Translations under genes and position numbers: made by a program
Shown here: positions 38,299 to 48,201 of the stretch, piece after piece
Position numbering within the stretch: position 1 is the stretch's first letter
How the letters are laid out: each line of letters begins with the position of its first letter
Source: a virus
Strand: one strand, 5' to 3'
IMG/VR virus record: IMGVR_UViG_3300023110_001943
Location: 32,001 to 96,000 of that record
Length of the DNA stretch: 64,000 bases
The notes under the pieces: model-generated
What the model was told of the DNA's origin: nothing
The model's input: only the letters and a program-made list of their open reading frames with translations
Databases searched by the model: none

Positions 38299-40002
38299 AT
38301 GGGTTATATTTTAGGAATATCATGTGGTTATCACGATAGTGCAGCCGCACTAATTAAAGATGGTAAAGTTTTGGGTGCAGTTGAAGAGGAAAGATTTACT
38401 GGCATAAAACACGATTCTTCATTTCCAATAGAAACTATTAAATGGTTGTACTCTGAATTTAAAGTACAAAAGGATGATATTGATGCAATTTGTTTTTACG
38501 AAAATCCTTCTTTAAAATTAGATAGAATAGAAAACTCTACAAAACGAGGTGGGTTATTAAATTATTTTAAAAGAAATAAAATAATATCTCGTAATAAAAA
38601 AGAATACGAAAAATTATCTACTACACTAAACTCAATTATAGGAGAAAATACTAAAGTAATTTATGGTGACCATCACCTTTCTCATGTTGCATATTCATAC
38701 TACACTTCTCCATTTAATAAAGCAACAATTCTTTCAGTAGATGGTGTTGGAGAGTGGGAAACAACTTCAATGTATTATGGTGAAAAAAATACACTTACAA
38801 AGTTAGGAAGTGTAAACTTTCCACATTCATTAGGAATGTTATATTCAGCCTTTACTGCTTTCTTAGGTTTCAAACCAAATGAAGGTGAGTATAAGATAAT
38901 GGGATTAGCTCCTTATGGTGATTCTACAAAATACAAAAAAGAATTTGAAGAATTAATTTCTAAAACAAATGATTCATATGAAATCAATATGGATTATTTT
39001 GTTTATGATTATTCAGATGAAATAATGTTTAATGAAAAACTTGGTAAGTTATTTGGAATTCCTAATAGATTACCAGAAGATGAATTAACACAAGAACATA
39101 AAGATATTGCAGCAGGATTACAATCTGCATATGAGAAAATATTTTTTCATTTGTTAAATAAATTATATGTAAAAAAATCAACTCACAATCTTTGTTTAAG
39201 TGGTGGGTGTGCGTACAATGGAACTGCAAATGGAAAAATTATAAAAGAAACAAACTACAAAAAAGTTTACATTCCACCTGCACCATCTGATGCCGGTTCT
39301 GCTATTGGAGCAGCATTACATTATTATTATAATGAAAATTCCAATTCAAATAGAGTAACCAATAACAATCCTTATCTTGGTCCTTACTATTCCAATGAAG
39401 ATGTAGAGAAGGCGTTGGAAGAACTAAAGGTAGATGTGTGGTATGAAAAGAAAAATCATTCTGAAATTATAGAAATTGTAGCAAAAGAAATCACAGAAGG
39501 AAATGTAATAGGTTGGTTCGAAGGAAGAATGGAATTTGGTGCAAGAGCATTAGGAAACCGAAGTATTTTTGCAAATCCATGTGACCCTCAAATGAAGGCA
39601 AGAGTAAATAGAGTAATTAAGAAGAGAGAAGGGTTTAGACCTTTTGCACCTATTGTTAAATTAGAAGAACAATCTAAGTACTTTGATTATCCACATGATG
39701 TTCCTTATATGAATCAGGTGGTTCAAGTAAAAGAAGAACATAGAAAGAATTTACCAGCCATTACTCATGTTGATGGTTCTGCAAGAATACAATCACTAAC
39801 TCAAAGACAACAACCACAAGTTTATAAACTATTAAGAAAACTTCATGAGTTAAATGGATATCCAATTGTATTAAATACTTCATTTAACCTTAAAGACCAA
39901 ACAATGGTATTAGACCCTAAGACTGCTATCCAAACATTTTTGAATTGTGAAATGGATACTCTTGTGATTCATAACTATATTATCAAGAAAAAAGTACTTT
40001 AA
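38299..40002 (+). CDS. Carbamoyltransferase (NodU/CmcH family)
   Basis: HDSAA, EEERF, HHLSH, DGVGE, EYKIMGLAPYG, FGARALGNRS, LNTSFN. Confidence 0.95.
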   Translation: MGYILGISCGYHDSAAALIKDGKVLGAVEEERFTGIKHDSSFPIETIKWLYSEFKVQKDDIDAICFYENPSLKLDRIENSTKRGGLLNYFKRNKIISRNKKEYEKLSTTLNSIIGENTKVIYGDHHLSHVAYSYYTSPFNKATILSVDGVGEWETTSMYYGEKNTLTKLGSVNFPHSLGMLYSAFTAFLGFKPNEGEYKIMGLAPYGDSTKYKKEFEELISKTNDSYEINMDYFVYDYSDEIMFNEKLGKLFGIPNRLPEDELTQEHKDIAAGLQSAYEKIFFHLLNKLYVKKSTHNLCLSGGCAYNGTANGKIIKETNYKKVYIPPAPSDAGSAIGAALHYYYNENSNSNRVTNNNPYLGPYYSNEDVEKALEELKVDVWYEKKNHSEIIEIVAKEITEGNVIGWFEGRMEFGARALGNRSIFANPCDPQMKARVNRVIKKREGFRPFAPIVKLEEQSKYFDYPHDVPYMNQVVQVKEEHRKNLPAITHVDGSARIQSLTQRQQPQVYKLLRKLHELNGYPIVLNTSFNLKDQTMVLDPKTAIQTFLNCEMDTLVIHNYIIKKKVL

Positions 40003-40003
40003 T

Positions 40004-40031
40004 TTTACAATTTCTTAACAATTTCTTAACA
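40004..40031 (+). promoter_or_regulatory. Three TT(A/T)ACA hexamers at 11-bp period (Pho-box/OmpR-family-like)
   Basis: TTTACA 40004, TTAACA 40015, TTAACA 40026. Confidence 0.5.
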
Positions 40032-40059
40032 TAGGTATATTTATACTAAAGGAGGAATT

Positions 40060-40431
40060 ATGAATGAACAATTATTCAAAGTAAAGATTGTTCAAATAAT
40101 AGCAATCCTATTATTTTCTCTGTGTACCATTCCGCTCTTTGGACAAACTTCCAAAGTTATTACACAGATAGATGACAATCTTTACCAGTATAGAGCTTAC
40201 AACGAAGATGGTAAGATTCAACAAAAAGGTTACTACAAGAAAATCGATGGTAACTACGAAGAACATTGGTATTGGAGAGATTATGCTGGTACAGTAGCAT
40301 ATTTCGAAAATGGAAAAATGTTATGGATTAAACCTAAAGGTCATAAGAAATATACTTATGAAGAGATAGAGTACCATAGAATGAAATCAGAAATAGAAAG
40401 ATTAAAGGCTATTGTAGCTCTTAAAGATTAA
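40060..40431 (+). CDS. Secreted small protein
   Basis: Signal peptide ending LFG-Q; MORN-variant-like strands. Confidence 0.65.
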   Translation: MNEQLFKVKIVQIIAILLFSLCTIPLFGQTSKVITQIDDNLYQYRAYNEDGKIQQKGYYKKIDGNYEEHWYWRDYAGTVAYFENGKMLWIKPKGHKKYTYEEIEYHRMKSEIERLKAIVALKD

Positions 40432-40465
40432 AATCACTTGGTCGTAGAATAAAGTGGCTAAGAAC

Positions 40466-40496
40466 AAAAACCCAACTCAAAAAGTTGGGTTTTTTT
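40466..40496 (+). terminator. Intrinsic terminator
   Basis: AAAAACCCAACT/AGTTGGGTTTTT followed by a T-run. Confidence 0.85.
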
Positions 40497-40641
40497 ATTG
40501 ACACCCAATATTGTTTACCCATTGGGTGTGAAAATCAAAACTTAACTTTTTATTTCATATATACAATAGTTATTTATTGGATATCCGCTGTTTTGGAATA
40601 TGAAAAAGTTATTTTTCTTAAAATAAACAAAGGAGAACAAT

Positions 40642-40872
40642 ATGGATTTTTTAAAGAAAATTGGCTCATGGGCCGATGAATTAACAAAAATCGGTATTAG
40701 TATCATCGCTCTTGGAGTAGTACTTGAAGTATTATTCAAAGGTGCAAACATTCCTTTCTGGCCAAATGTATCAGTAGTTGATAACATCATGGGTATATTG
40801 GGAAGTTTGAGTGCTGAAGGTCTATTAGGACTGGTTGGTGCTTTTGTACTTTACCACATTATTAAGAAGTAA
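40642..40872 (+). CDS. Small 2-TM membrane protein in a stand-alone transcription unit
   Basis: AAGGAG leader; flanked by terminators. Confidence 0.75.
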   Translation: MDFLKKIGSWADELTKIGISIIALGVVLEVLFKGANIPFWPNVSVVDNIMGILGSLSAEGLLGLVGAFVLYHIIKK

Positions 40873-40908
40873 ATTTTAAACTTAATAATTTCAGAACGCG
40901 TTAAGAAC

Positions 40909-40935
40909 AAAACCTCACTTCGGTGAGGTTTTTTT
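40909..40935 (+). terminator. Intrinsic terminator (UUCG tetraloop)
   Basis: AAAACCTCAC-TTCG-GTGAGGTTTTTTT. Confidence 0.9.
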
Positions 40936-40973
40936 ATTCAGTATATTTATATACAACATAATGTATAAAAATC

Positions 40974-41384
40974 ATGAGTACAGATTTTGAATTATTTCCA
41001 GGAAAGAATCTAAGTGGATTGTTCAAGGATATCTACGATAACCAACAAAACAAGAAACAAAGAATCTCAGAACTGATTGCTGAAATGAAAAAGGTAATCA
41101 GACATGCAGGTGATATGGCTGTTATTGGTCCTATTATCAAAGACCTTGTTGATACATCAGTAAAGAACGATGATGCACTAATCAAGATGGCTGCAATTGC
41201 CCAACGAATCATTGGTGCACAACACAAAGCAGAAGGAGATAGTGGATTCCTTTCTGATGAAGAAAAAGAACAACTTCTAAAACAATTAGATGAAACCATC
41301 GCAGAAGTGGCCGATGAGCAAGATTTAAAGGTTGATGAACTTACAAACGAAATAGAAGAACTTAAACAAAAGGTAAATAAATAA
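40974..41384 (+). CDS. Conserved helical late protein
   Basis: First gene after the late motif at 40943. Confidence 0.7.
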   Translation: MSTDFELFPGKNLSGLFKDIYDNQQNKKQRISELIAEMKKVIRHAGDMAVIGPIIKDLVDTSVKNDDALIKMAAIAQRIIGAQHKAEGDSGFLSDEEKEQLLKQLDETIAEVADEQDLKVDELTNEIEELKQKVNK

Positions 41385-42631
41385 TGGCAAATCGTTTAGT
41401 ACAATCACTTAGTTCAAGTAATACAAATAAAAGTATTAGACCAACTCAACTACCAACTGGTCTTGTAGTTGATGTTATTCTTGATGAAACTCACGAAAGA
41501 TTGGTAAAATACGAAGAAGCATTTAAAGAGCTATTTACAGATGGAAAAGATGCTGGTTTTAAAGTTGGTGCAGTAGTTGTTCAACCATATGATGATAGAA
41601 TTTCAGAACCCGAAAATTTACCAATTTATTTACCAGAAGGTAGTGGCTTAGATTTTGAACTTCCACTTATAGGAGAAGAAGTAATTTTAACAACGATAGG
41701 TGGAAAAAAATATTACAAAAGATTTCCAGCAAGAACTTTAAATGTGGGTGATGCAAGACCAGAACAAATTGCTGGTTTATATCCTGAACAAAACAAAGAA
41801 GAAAAAAATCAATCATACTCAAGTGTTTCCCAAACCGGAACTCCTACTTCCAATGTAAGTAATAGTGAAGAGTATAAGGTTGGAAAATATTTTGAAGAAA
41901 CTCCTATTAATAAACTAAAACTTTATGAGGGAGATAGATTAATACAATCAAGATTTGGACAATCAATACGATTTAGTGGATATAATAATGAAGATAAAGA
42001 ATTTTCACCAACAATAATTTTTAGAAATAAACAAGCAGAACCTGAAACAGAAATAAAAGAAGGTGATTTAATTGAAGAAGATATTGTTAATGATGGTTCT
42101 ACTATTGTACTATCAAGTAACAAATATAAATTACCATTTGTACCAGGTAACAGAGATGTAAAAGTTGAAACAGCAGAATCTGCAGAATATTATGAAGCAC
42201 CAGAAGAGTTAGACGGTAATCAAATTTTAATAAATAGTGATAGGATTATCTTATCTTCAAAAACTCAAGAAATGATTTTCTTTTCCAAAGGAAATATTTC
42301 GTTTATATCGGATGGTAAATTTACACTTGATAATGGCCAAGATGGTGCTTCCATTGATTTGAATGGTGAGTATAGAACTACAACTAATGATAACGATATG
42401 TACTTTTTAGGTGGGAGTGGGGATATATATCTTAATACTGAAAGTCAAGATGAACCACTTGCAAGAGGTCAAACTCTAATTGATATATTAAGTGAAATAC
42501 TTGATGAGTTACAAAAAGAAATTCATCCTACTCCAGCTGGTCCATCATCTCCTCCAACAAATGCATCGGCGTATGCGAAGATACAAAGTAAATTAGATAC
42601 AATATTATCTACACAAAATTTTACAGAATAA
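41384..42631 (+). CDS. Baseplate hub/spike protein (gp5/Gp138-like)
   Basis: OB-fold-like LPLIGEEV, EGD...SRFGQSIRF, beta-strand repeats, C-terminal HPTPAGPS. Confidence 0.7.
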   Translation: MANRLVQSLSSSNTNKSIRPTQLPTGLVVDVILDETHERLVKYEEAFKELFTDGKDAGFKVGAVVVQPYDDRISEPENLPIYLPEGSGLDFELPLIGEEVILTTIGGKKYYKRFPARTLNVGDARPEQIAGLYPEQNKEEKNQSYSSVSQTGTPTSNVSNSEEYKVGKYFEETPINKLKLYEGDRLIQSRFGQSIRFSGYNNEDKEFSPTIIFRNKQAEPETEIKEGDLIEEDIVNDGSTIVLSSNKYKLPFVPGNRDVKVETAESAEYYEAPEELDGNQILINSDRIILSSKTQEMIFFSKGNISFISDGKFTLDNGQDGASIDLNGEYRTTTNDNDMYFLGGSGDIYLNTESQDEPLARGQTLIDILSEILDELQKEIHPTPAGPSSPPTNASAYAKIQSKLDTILSTQNFTE

Positions 42632-42634
42632 AAA

Positions 42635-44035
42635 ATGTCTTTCGCTATATTCAAACAAAATATGTTGAGTTATATGGGAAATCAACCAGGTATAAATTCC
42701 TATAATGATTTCGCAAAAAAACTTACTGATGAATATGATATGGCGGTTCGTAGAGGATACCAAACAATAAATCAAATACCTATTGCTAAAGATAACAAAC
42801 CACTAATGCAAACGTTGGTTACTTTAGCTTGTAGTACTGCATTAAGTAAACGAGAGGGACAACATACTTTTATAGATGATATTGGAAAAGGAGTTGTTGG
42901 TTATTGGACAGGAGCAACTTTAATGACGGGAATTCCTCCAATCATACCAGCTACAGGAGCTATACAAAACGTAACTACGGTATCCGCATTTGTAACTACA
43001 CCTGGTCAGTTTCCAACTGTTGGTCCTTTAACTACTACAATGGATTCGGGTGTATTTTTGGACAAGTTAATTAATGCAATGCAAATTCATCTTACATCAA
43101 TCGAAGGTTTGTATATAACAATATCTTTATATCCTGGATTTCCTCTTGTACCACCAGCACCTGGTATTAGAAGTTGGACTGGGTTTACAATACCTCCTGC
43201 AGGTCCAAGTGTTCCATTCGAACCACCACAGGCAGGTAATACACTACTTGGTGCTATTACAAAATTAGCATCTGCAATTCTTGAAGGATTGATAATGAGT
43301 GAGGCTGATAAACAAGAAGCTCAACGAGAGGCAGATGAGGCAGATGCTGTTGCAAACGATACATCCTTACCTCAAAATGGTAGAACATCTGCAAAAGAAT
43401 ATTCTAACTTAAAAAAATCTGAAATAAACACAGGAGAAAAAAATGCAGCAGCTGTTGAATTATCAGAAGAAGAATTGAAAGCTATTGAAGAAACCACACC
43501 ACCTGAATATAAATGTGAACAAGGTACTAAGATTGTTGCAATTGCAAAAAGAGATATTGGTATTTTAGAAACAGGTACACCTCCTGGTAAAAACTATGGC
43601 GGGTTTCCTGGTGGAGTTCAAAAAAATGAACGAGGTAGGATTGATGATATGTTTGATAATGTAGGATTGGATAATCAGGCTAAAGTTAAAAAAACAGGTA
43701 GTGGTTATTATTGGTGTGCTGCCGCTGTTGCAACTTGGTGGCAAGAAGCAGGTTTAGAAACACCAAGTGGTGGGGCAAGTTGTGATAATTGGATGAATTG
43801 GGGAAAACAAAACGGATATTGGAGTACCAAACCAAAAGTAGGTGCAGCTGTTTTATATGGTTCACCCTCCGATGCACATCATATTGGTATTGTTGCTGGT
43901 GTAACTGCAACTGGTGGTATTATTACAATCGAAGGAAATACAAGTGGTGGTGGATTTAATAGAAATGGATGTGGTGTATTTCAGAAAGTACCAAAAAAAT
44001 ATTTAGGATTTGTAAACCCACCTGATTGCTCATAA
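42635..44035 (+). CDS. Virion-associated protein with C-terminal CHAP peptidoglycan hydrolase
   Basis: WCAA, HIGIV, IEGNT. Confidence 0.8.
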   Translation: MSFAIFKQNMLSYMGNQPGINSYNDFAKKLTDEYDMAVRRGYQTINQIPIAKDNKPLMQTLVTLACSTALSKREGQHTFIDDIGKGVVGYWTGATLMTGIPPIIPATGAIQNVTTVSAFVTTPGQFPTVGPLTTTMDSGVFLDKLINAMQIHLTSIEGLYITISLYPGFPLVPPAPGIRSWTGFTIPPAGPSVPFEPPQAGNTLLGAITKLASAILEGLIMSEADKQEAQREADEADAVANDTSLPQNGRTSAKEYSNLKKSEINTGEKNAAAVELSEEELKAIEETTPPEYKCEQGTKIVAIAKRDIGILETGTPPGKNYGGFPGGVQKNERGRIDDMFDNVGLDNQAKVKKTGSGYYWCAAAVATWWQEAGLETPSGGASCDNWMNWGKQNGYWSTKPKVGAAVLYGSPSDAHHIGIVAGVTATGGIITIEGNTSGGGFNRNGCGVFQKVPKKYLGFVNPPDCS

Positions 44036-44088
44036 CCATAAACTCATAAAGAATATATTTATATTAAGATAAAAGAAAACAATTTATA

Positions 44089-44670
44089 ATGGATACTAAG
44101 AAATTAGCAAAATTAATTAAAGTAATTGTAGAAGCTGAAGTGGCTAAAAATCACGAAAGATTTCTTACTAAAACCTTTCCTAAGATTTTAGAAGAAGAAG
44201 TATCTCGTAGAATGAAAGTTCTATCGGAGGAGAGGGGAGGTGTTGCTGCTTCCTCCACGCAAATCGTGGAAGAGGAAGTAGACCCATTTCAAATGGCAGA
44301 ACAAGCACTACAAGAAGAAAGACAACAACCTAAAAAACAGTTTACAAAAAATGCTGTTTTAAATGAGGTACTAAATAATACAAAACCATTTTCAGCAGAA
44401 CAAAGAAAAGGTGGAGTTGAACAAAAATCTGTATTAGATAAATTTCAACAACCTGTAAATGAAAGTATGGATAAAACAGTTTCATTTACTCAAACAACTG
44501 CAGGAGGTGGTCTTGAAAGCATGAGAGCTCAAATGGCATCTCAAATGGGTTATGGTGATATAAAAAGGGGACCAAGTAAAACAGGTCTTGGAGTTCAAAC
44601 AGGATTGCCTGGATTAGATAGAATTTTAAACAGAGATAATTCAGAACTTGTTAAAAAATTTAAGAGATAG
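44089..44670 (+). CDS. Hypothetical late protein
   Basis: ATATTTATA at 44055; FTKNAVLNEVLN motif. Confidence 0.7.
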   Translation: MDTKKLAKLIKVIVEAEVAKNHERFLTKTFPKILEEEVSRRMKVLSEERGGVAASSTQIVEEEVDPFQMAEQALQEERQQPKKQFTKNAVLNEVLNNTKPFSAEQRKGGVEQKSVLDKFQQPVNESMDKTVSFTQTTAGGGLESMRAQMASQMGYGDIKRGPSKTGLGVQTGLPGLDRILNRDNSELVKKFKR

Positions 44671-44679
44671 GAATAACTG

Positions 44680-45111
44680 ATGGCTTATGTTCTTGATAGA
44701 AAAGTTGTAAAAGATACCAAAGAATTTAATGACTTTGCGTATGGTATAACCTTGCCTTTAAAAAGAGGTAATACGGGTTTCTTTGAACAATCTTTTTCTT
44801 CATTTGAACAGGCTAAGACAAATTTAAAAAATCTTTTGTTAACTAAACAAGGTGAAAGAGTAATGCAACCAAACTTTGGTACTGGATTACATTCTCTTTT
44901 GTTTGAACAAATGACAGATGATTTTGAAAATAAGTTAACAGAAACCATAACTAAGAGTGTTGGTTATTGGTTACCATATATAAACATAGAAGAAGTTGAT
45001 ATTAAAATGACTGATGAAATGAAAGATATGCACAGAGCAGATATGAACATTAAGTTTACAGTTGGTAACCAAATAGAAACACAAGAGATAACATTTAGAA
45101 TTCAGGAGTAA
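44680..45111 (+). CDS. Baseplate wedge protein, gp25/GPW family
   Basis: NLKNLLLTKQGERVMQPNFGTGL. Confidence 0.9.
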   Translation: MAYVLDRKVVKDTKEFNDFAYGITLPLKRGNTGFFEQSFSSFEQAKTNLKNLLLTKQGERVMQPNFGTGLHSLLFEQMTDDFENKLTETITKSVGYWLPYINIEEVDIKMTDEMKDMHRADMNIKFTVGNQIETQEITFRIQE

Positions 45112-45117
45112 TAAAGG

Positions 45118-47136
45118 ATGGCTTTAAATAGTGTAACAAAAAGAAGTAATCAAGGGAGAGATATAAAATATCTTAATAAAGATTTTGCTAAATTCAGACA
45201 AAATCTAATTGATTACGCAAAAGCATATTTCCCAAAAACTTATTCTGATTTTAATGAATCATCACCAGGTATGATGTTTATTGAAATGGCATCATATGTG
45301 GGTGATATACTTTCATACTACACAGATGATACTTTAAAAGAATCATTGATGTTGTATGCAGAAGATAAGGAAAATGTTATTGCATTGGCCTCTTATTTAG
45401 GATACAAACCAAAAGTAACTTCACCTGCTATTGTTAAACTATCTGTTTACCAATTAGTACCAGCTACTGGTAGTGGTAGTACAATACGACCAGATTATGA
45501 TTATTCATTAAGAATTAAAGAAGGTATGGTATGTGAATCAAATGGTGGAATTATTTTTAGAACAACCGAACTTTTAGATTTCAATGATGAAACAGATAGA
45601 GAAGTTGTTGTATATCAAAGAGATTCAAACACAAACGAACCAACACAATATCTAATAAAAAAATATGTAAATGCAATTTCAGCTGAATTAAAAACAACAT
45701 CTGTTCAGTTTGGTACTGCTCAACAATTTTCACAAATAAGATTAGCAGATACAAATATTATTGATATCTATGATGTAAGAGATTCAAATGGAAACAAATG
45801 GTATCAAGTTCCTTATCTTGCACAAGAAATGGTTTATGTGGATTATCCAACTTCAGAACAAACAGATAAAGATTTAGCACAATTTAAAGATTCTGTATCA
45901 AGTGTTTTAAAACTTATAAAAACATCAAGAAGATTTACTACAAAGGTAAATGAAGATAATACAACTTCAATAATATTTGGAGGAGGTAACTCAACATCAT
46001 CAGATGAAACATTAATACCAAACTTTAAAAATGTTGGATTAGGATTAAATTCATCCATAGATAGATTGGGTGCATCATTTGACCCTTCTAATTTCTTAAA
46101 AACTAAAACATATGGACAGGCTCCTGCAAATACAACATTGACTGTTTCTTACTTAGTAGGTGGTGGAGTTGAATCCAATGTTGCTTCAAAAGAAATAACA
46201 AGAATTAATTCTATTTCGTTTGATGAAGATACGAGTGTATTTGGTTCGGCAGAATTAGCACTTTATAACAGAATGAAAGCTTCTGTTGCAATAGAAAACG
46301 AATTACCAGGTAGAGGAGGTAGAGGTGCAGAATCTATCGAAGAGATTAGAGAAAATTCATTAGCAAACTTTGGTTCACAAAACAGAGCGGTAACAAGAAA
46401 AGATTATCAAGTAAGAGCGTTATCGTTACCTCCAAAGTATGGTGGTGTTGCAAAAGCATATTGTGCACCAGATGGAGAGTTAGATAATAATTCACCTTCA
46501 TCTATTTTAAATAATCCTGATTCATTAGAAGAATTTGCAGGATTAGTTCAATCATTAGGAAAACAAAACCTAACAGAACAACAAACAAAAGATGAATTGA
46601 GAAAATTCTTAAGTGGAAAGAAAAATAACATAAACGAAAAGAATAATCCATTTGCAATTAACTTATATGTACTTGGATATGATTCAAGTAAATATCTAAC
46701 ATCATTAAATAAGGCTATTAAAGAAAATCTAAAAACTTATTTAGGAGAATATAGAATGTTAACTGATGGTGTTAATGTTATTGATGGGTTTATCATAAAC
46801 ATAGGTGTAGATTTTGAAATCAGAGTTTATGGTGGATATAATAAAAGAGAAGTTCTTACACGATGTATAAATGAATTGAAAGATTACTTTAACATCGATA
46901 ATTGGACATTTAATATGGCAATCAACATTTCTGAAATAGAATTACTGATTGCAGGAGTAGAGGGAGTACAATCAGTACCTAAGTGTGAAATTACTAACAA
47001 GTGTTTAGGAAACTATTCATCGCATTCATATAATATACAAGATGCAACTAAAGGTAAAATGGTTTATCCATCTTTAGACCCATCTATATTTGAAGTGAAG
47101 TTTCCTAACAAAGATATTAAAGGGAGGGTTGTATAA
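45118..47136 (+). CDS. Baseplate wedge protein, T4 gp6/baseplate J-like
   Basis: DF...YSDFNESSPG, LGYKP, GG...ESIEEIR, QNRAVTRKDY. Confidence 0.88.
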   Translation: MALNSVTKRSNQGRDIKYLNKDFAKFRQNLIDYAKAYFPKTYSDFNESSPGMMFIEMASYVGDILSYYTDDTLKESLMLYAEDKENVIALASYLGYKPKVTSPAIVKLSVYQLVPATGSGSTIRPDYDYSLRIKEGMVCESNGGIIFRTTELLDFNDETDREVVVYQRDSNTNEPTQYLIKKYVNAISAELKTTSVQFGTAQQFSQIRLADTNIIDIYDVRDSNGNKWYQVPYLAQEMVYVDYPTSEQTDKDLAQFKDSVSSVLKLIKTSRRFTTKVNEDNTTSIIFGGGNSTSSDETLIPNFKNVGLGLNSSIDRLGASFDPSNFLKTKTYGQAPANTTLTVSYLVGGGVESNVASKEITRINSISFDEDTSVFGSAELALYNRMKASVAIENELPGRGGRGAESIEEIRENSLANFGSQNRAVTRKDYQVRALSLPPKYGGVAKAYCAPDGELDNNSPSSILNNPDSLEEFAGLVQSLGKQNLTEQQTKDELRKFLSGKKNNINEKNNPFAINLYVLGYDSSKYLTSLNKAIKENLKTYLGEYRMLTDGVNVIDGFIINIGVDFEIRVYGGYNKREVLTRCINELKDYFNIDNWTFNMAINISEIELLIAGVEGVQSVPKCEITNKCLGNYSSHSYNIQDATKGKMVYPSLDPSIFEVKFPNKDIKGRVV

Positions 47137-48200
47137 TGTATTATTTTGTAACGGCATCAAAAGATGCAACGATTTACTTACAACAACCAACACAAAACAC
47201 AGGGTTGGATGAGATATTAGAAGTTTCTAAAACTTATTATGGAAACTTAAAAGATATTGCTCACACACTAATCAAGTTTGATACAACATCACTTTCTCAA
47301 TCAATAGTAAGTGGAGATGTAACTATGAGTTCGGCTGAACTTATTCTAAGAGAAGCTGATTCATCTGATGAAATACCAACAGATTACACAATATATGCAT
47401 ATGCGGTAACCCAATCATGGGATATGGGAATCGGTACAAGATTTGATGAAATCAGTACAGATGGTGTTTCTTGGGATAAAGTTAGAACAGGTGTTAATTG
47501 GATGACACAAGATTCACATTCAGCAGATACTACTGGCTCATTTAATGGTAAAGGTGGAACTTGGTTTACTGGTTCATATTCAACTCAATCATTTTCATAC
47601 GAAACAACTGATATTGAAATGGATGTTATTGATACAATGACTTCGTGGATTAGTGGTTCTATACCAAACGAAGGATTTATTTTAAAATATTCATCTTCAT
47701 TAGAAAATGATACAAATGATTACGGTCAATTAAAATTCTTTTCAAAAGAAACAAATACTATTTACCAACCTAAATTAAGAATTGGTTGGGATGATTCTTC
47801 GTTCTCTACTGGCTCTTTAACAGAACTTACCGCTGATGATATTCATGTAACATTCAAAAGATTAAAGACCAGATATAAGCGTGGAAGTAAACCTGAAATC
47901 AGAGTTTTCGGTAGAGAGAAATATCCTCTCAAAACATACACCAACACATATTCTTACACAGATGTAAAATATTTACCATCTACTACTTATTACCAAATAA
48001 AAGATGTAATCACAGAAGAGATAATTATACCATTCTCAGATTACACAAAAGTTAGTTGTGATTCGAGTGGTAACTATTTTAAATTAAACTTAACAAGCTG
48101 GGAATACAATAGAGATTACTATATTGAAATTAAAGTAGATAGGGATGGTGTTATAGAATACTTTGTAGATAAGGATTTAACTTTTACAATAGAGAAATAA
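47136..48200 (+). CDS. Virion structural protein
   Basis: In baseplate operon; DATIY...NTG..., FFSKETNTIYQPKL jelly-roll-like pattern. Confidence 0.65.
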   Translation: MYYFVTASKDATIYLQQPTQNTGLDEILEVSKTYYGNLKDIAHTLIKFDTTSLSQSIVSGDVTMSSAELILREADSSDEIPTDYTIYAYAVTQSWDMGIGTRFDEISTDGVSWDKVRTGVNWMTQDSHSADTTGSFNGKGGTWFTGSYSTQSFSYETTDIEMDVIDTMTSWISGSIPNEGFILKYSSSLENDTNDYGQLKFFSKETNTIYQPKLRIGWDDSSFSTGSLTELTADDIHVTFKRLKTRYKRGSKPEIRVFGREKYPLKTYTNTYSYTDVKYLPSTTYYQIKDVITEEIIIPFSDYTKVSCDSSGNYFKLNLTSWEYNRDYYIEIKVDRDGVIEYFVDKDLTFTIEK

Positions 48201-48201
48201 A

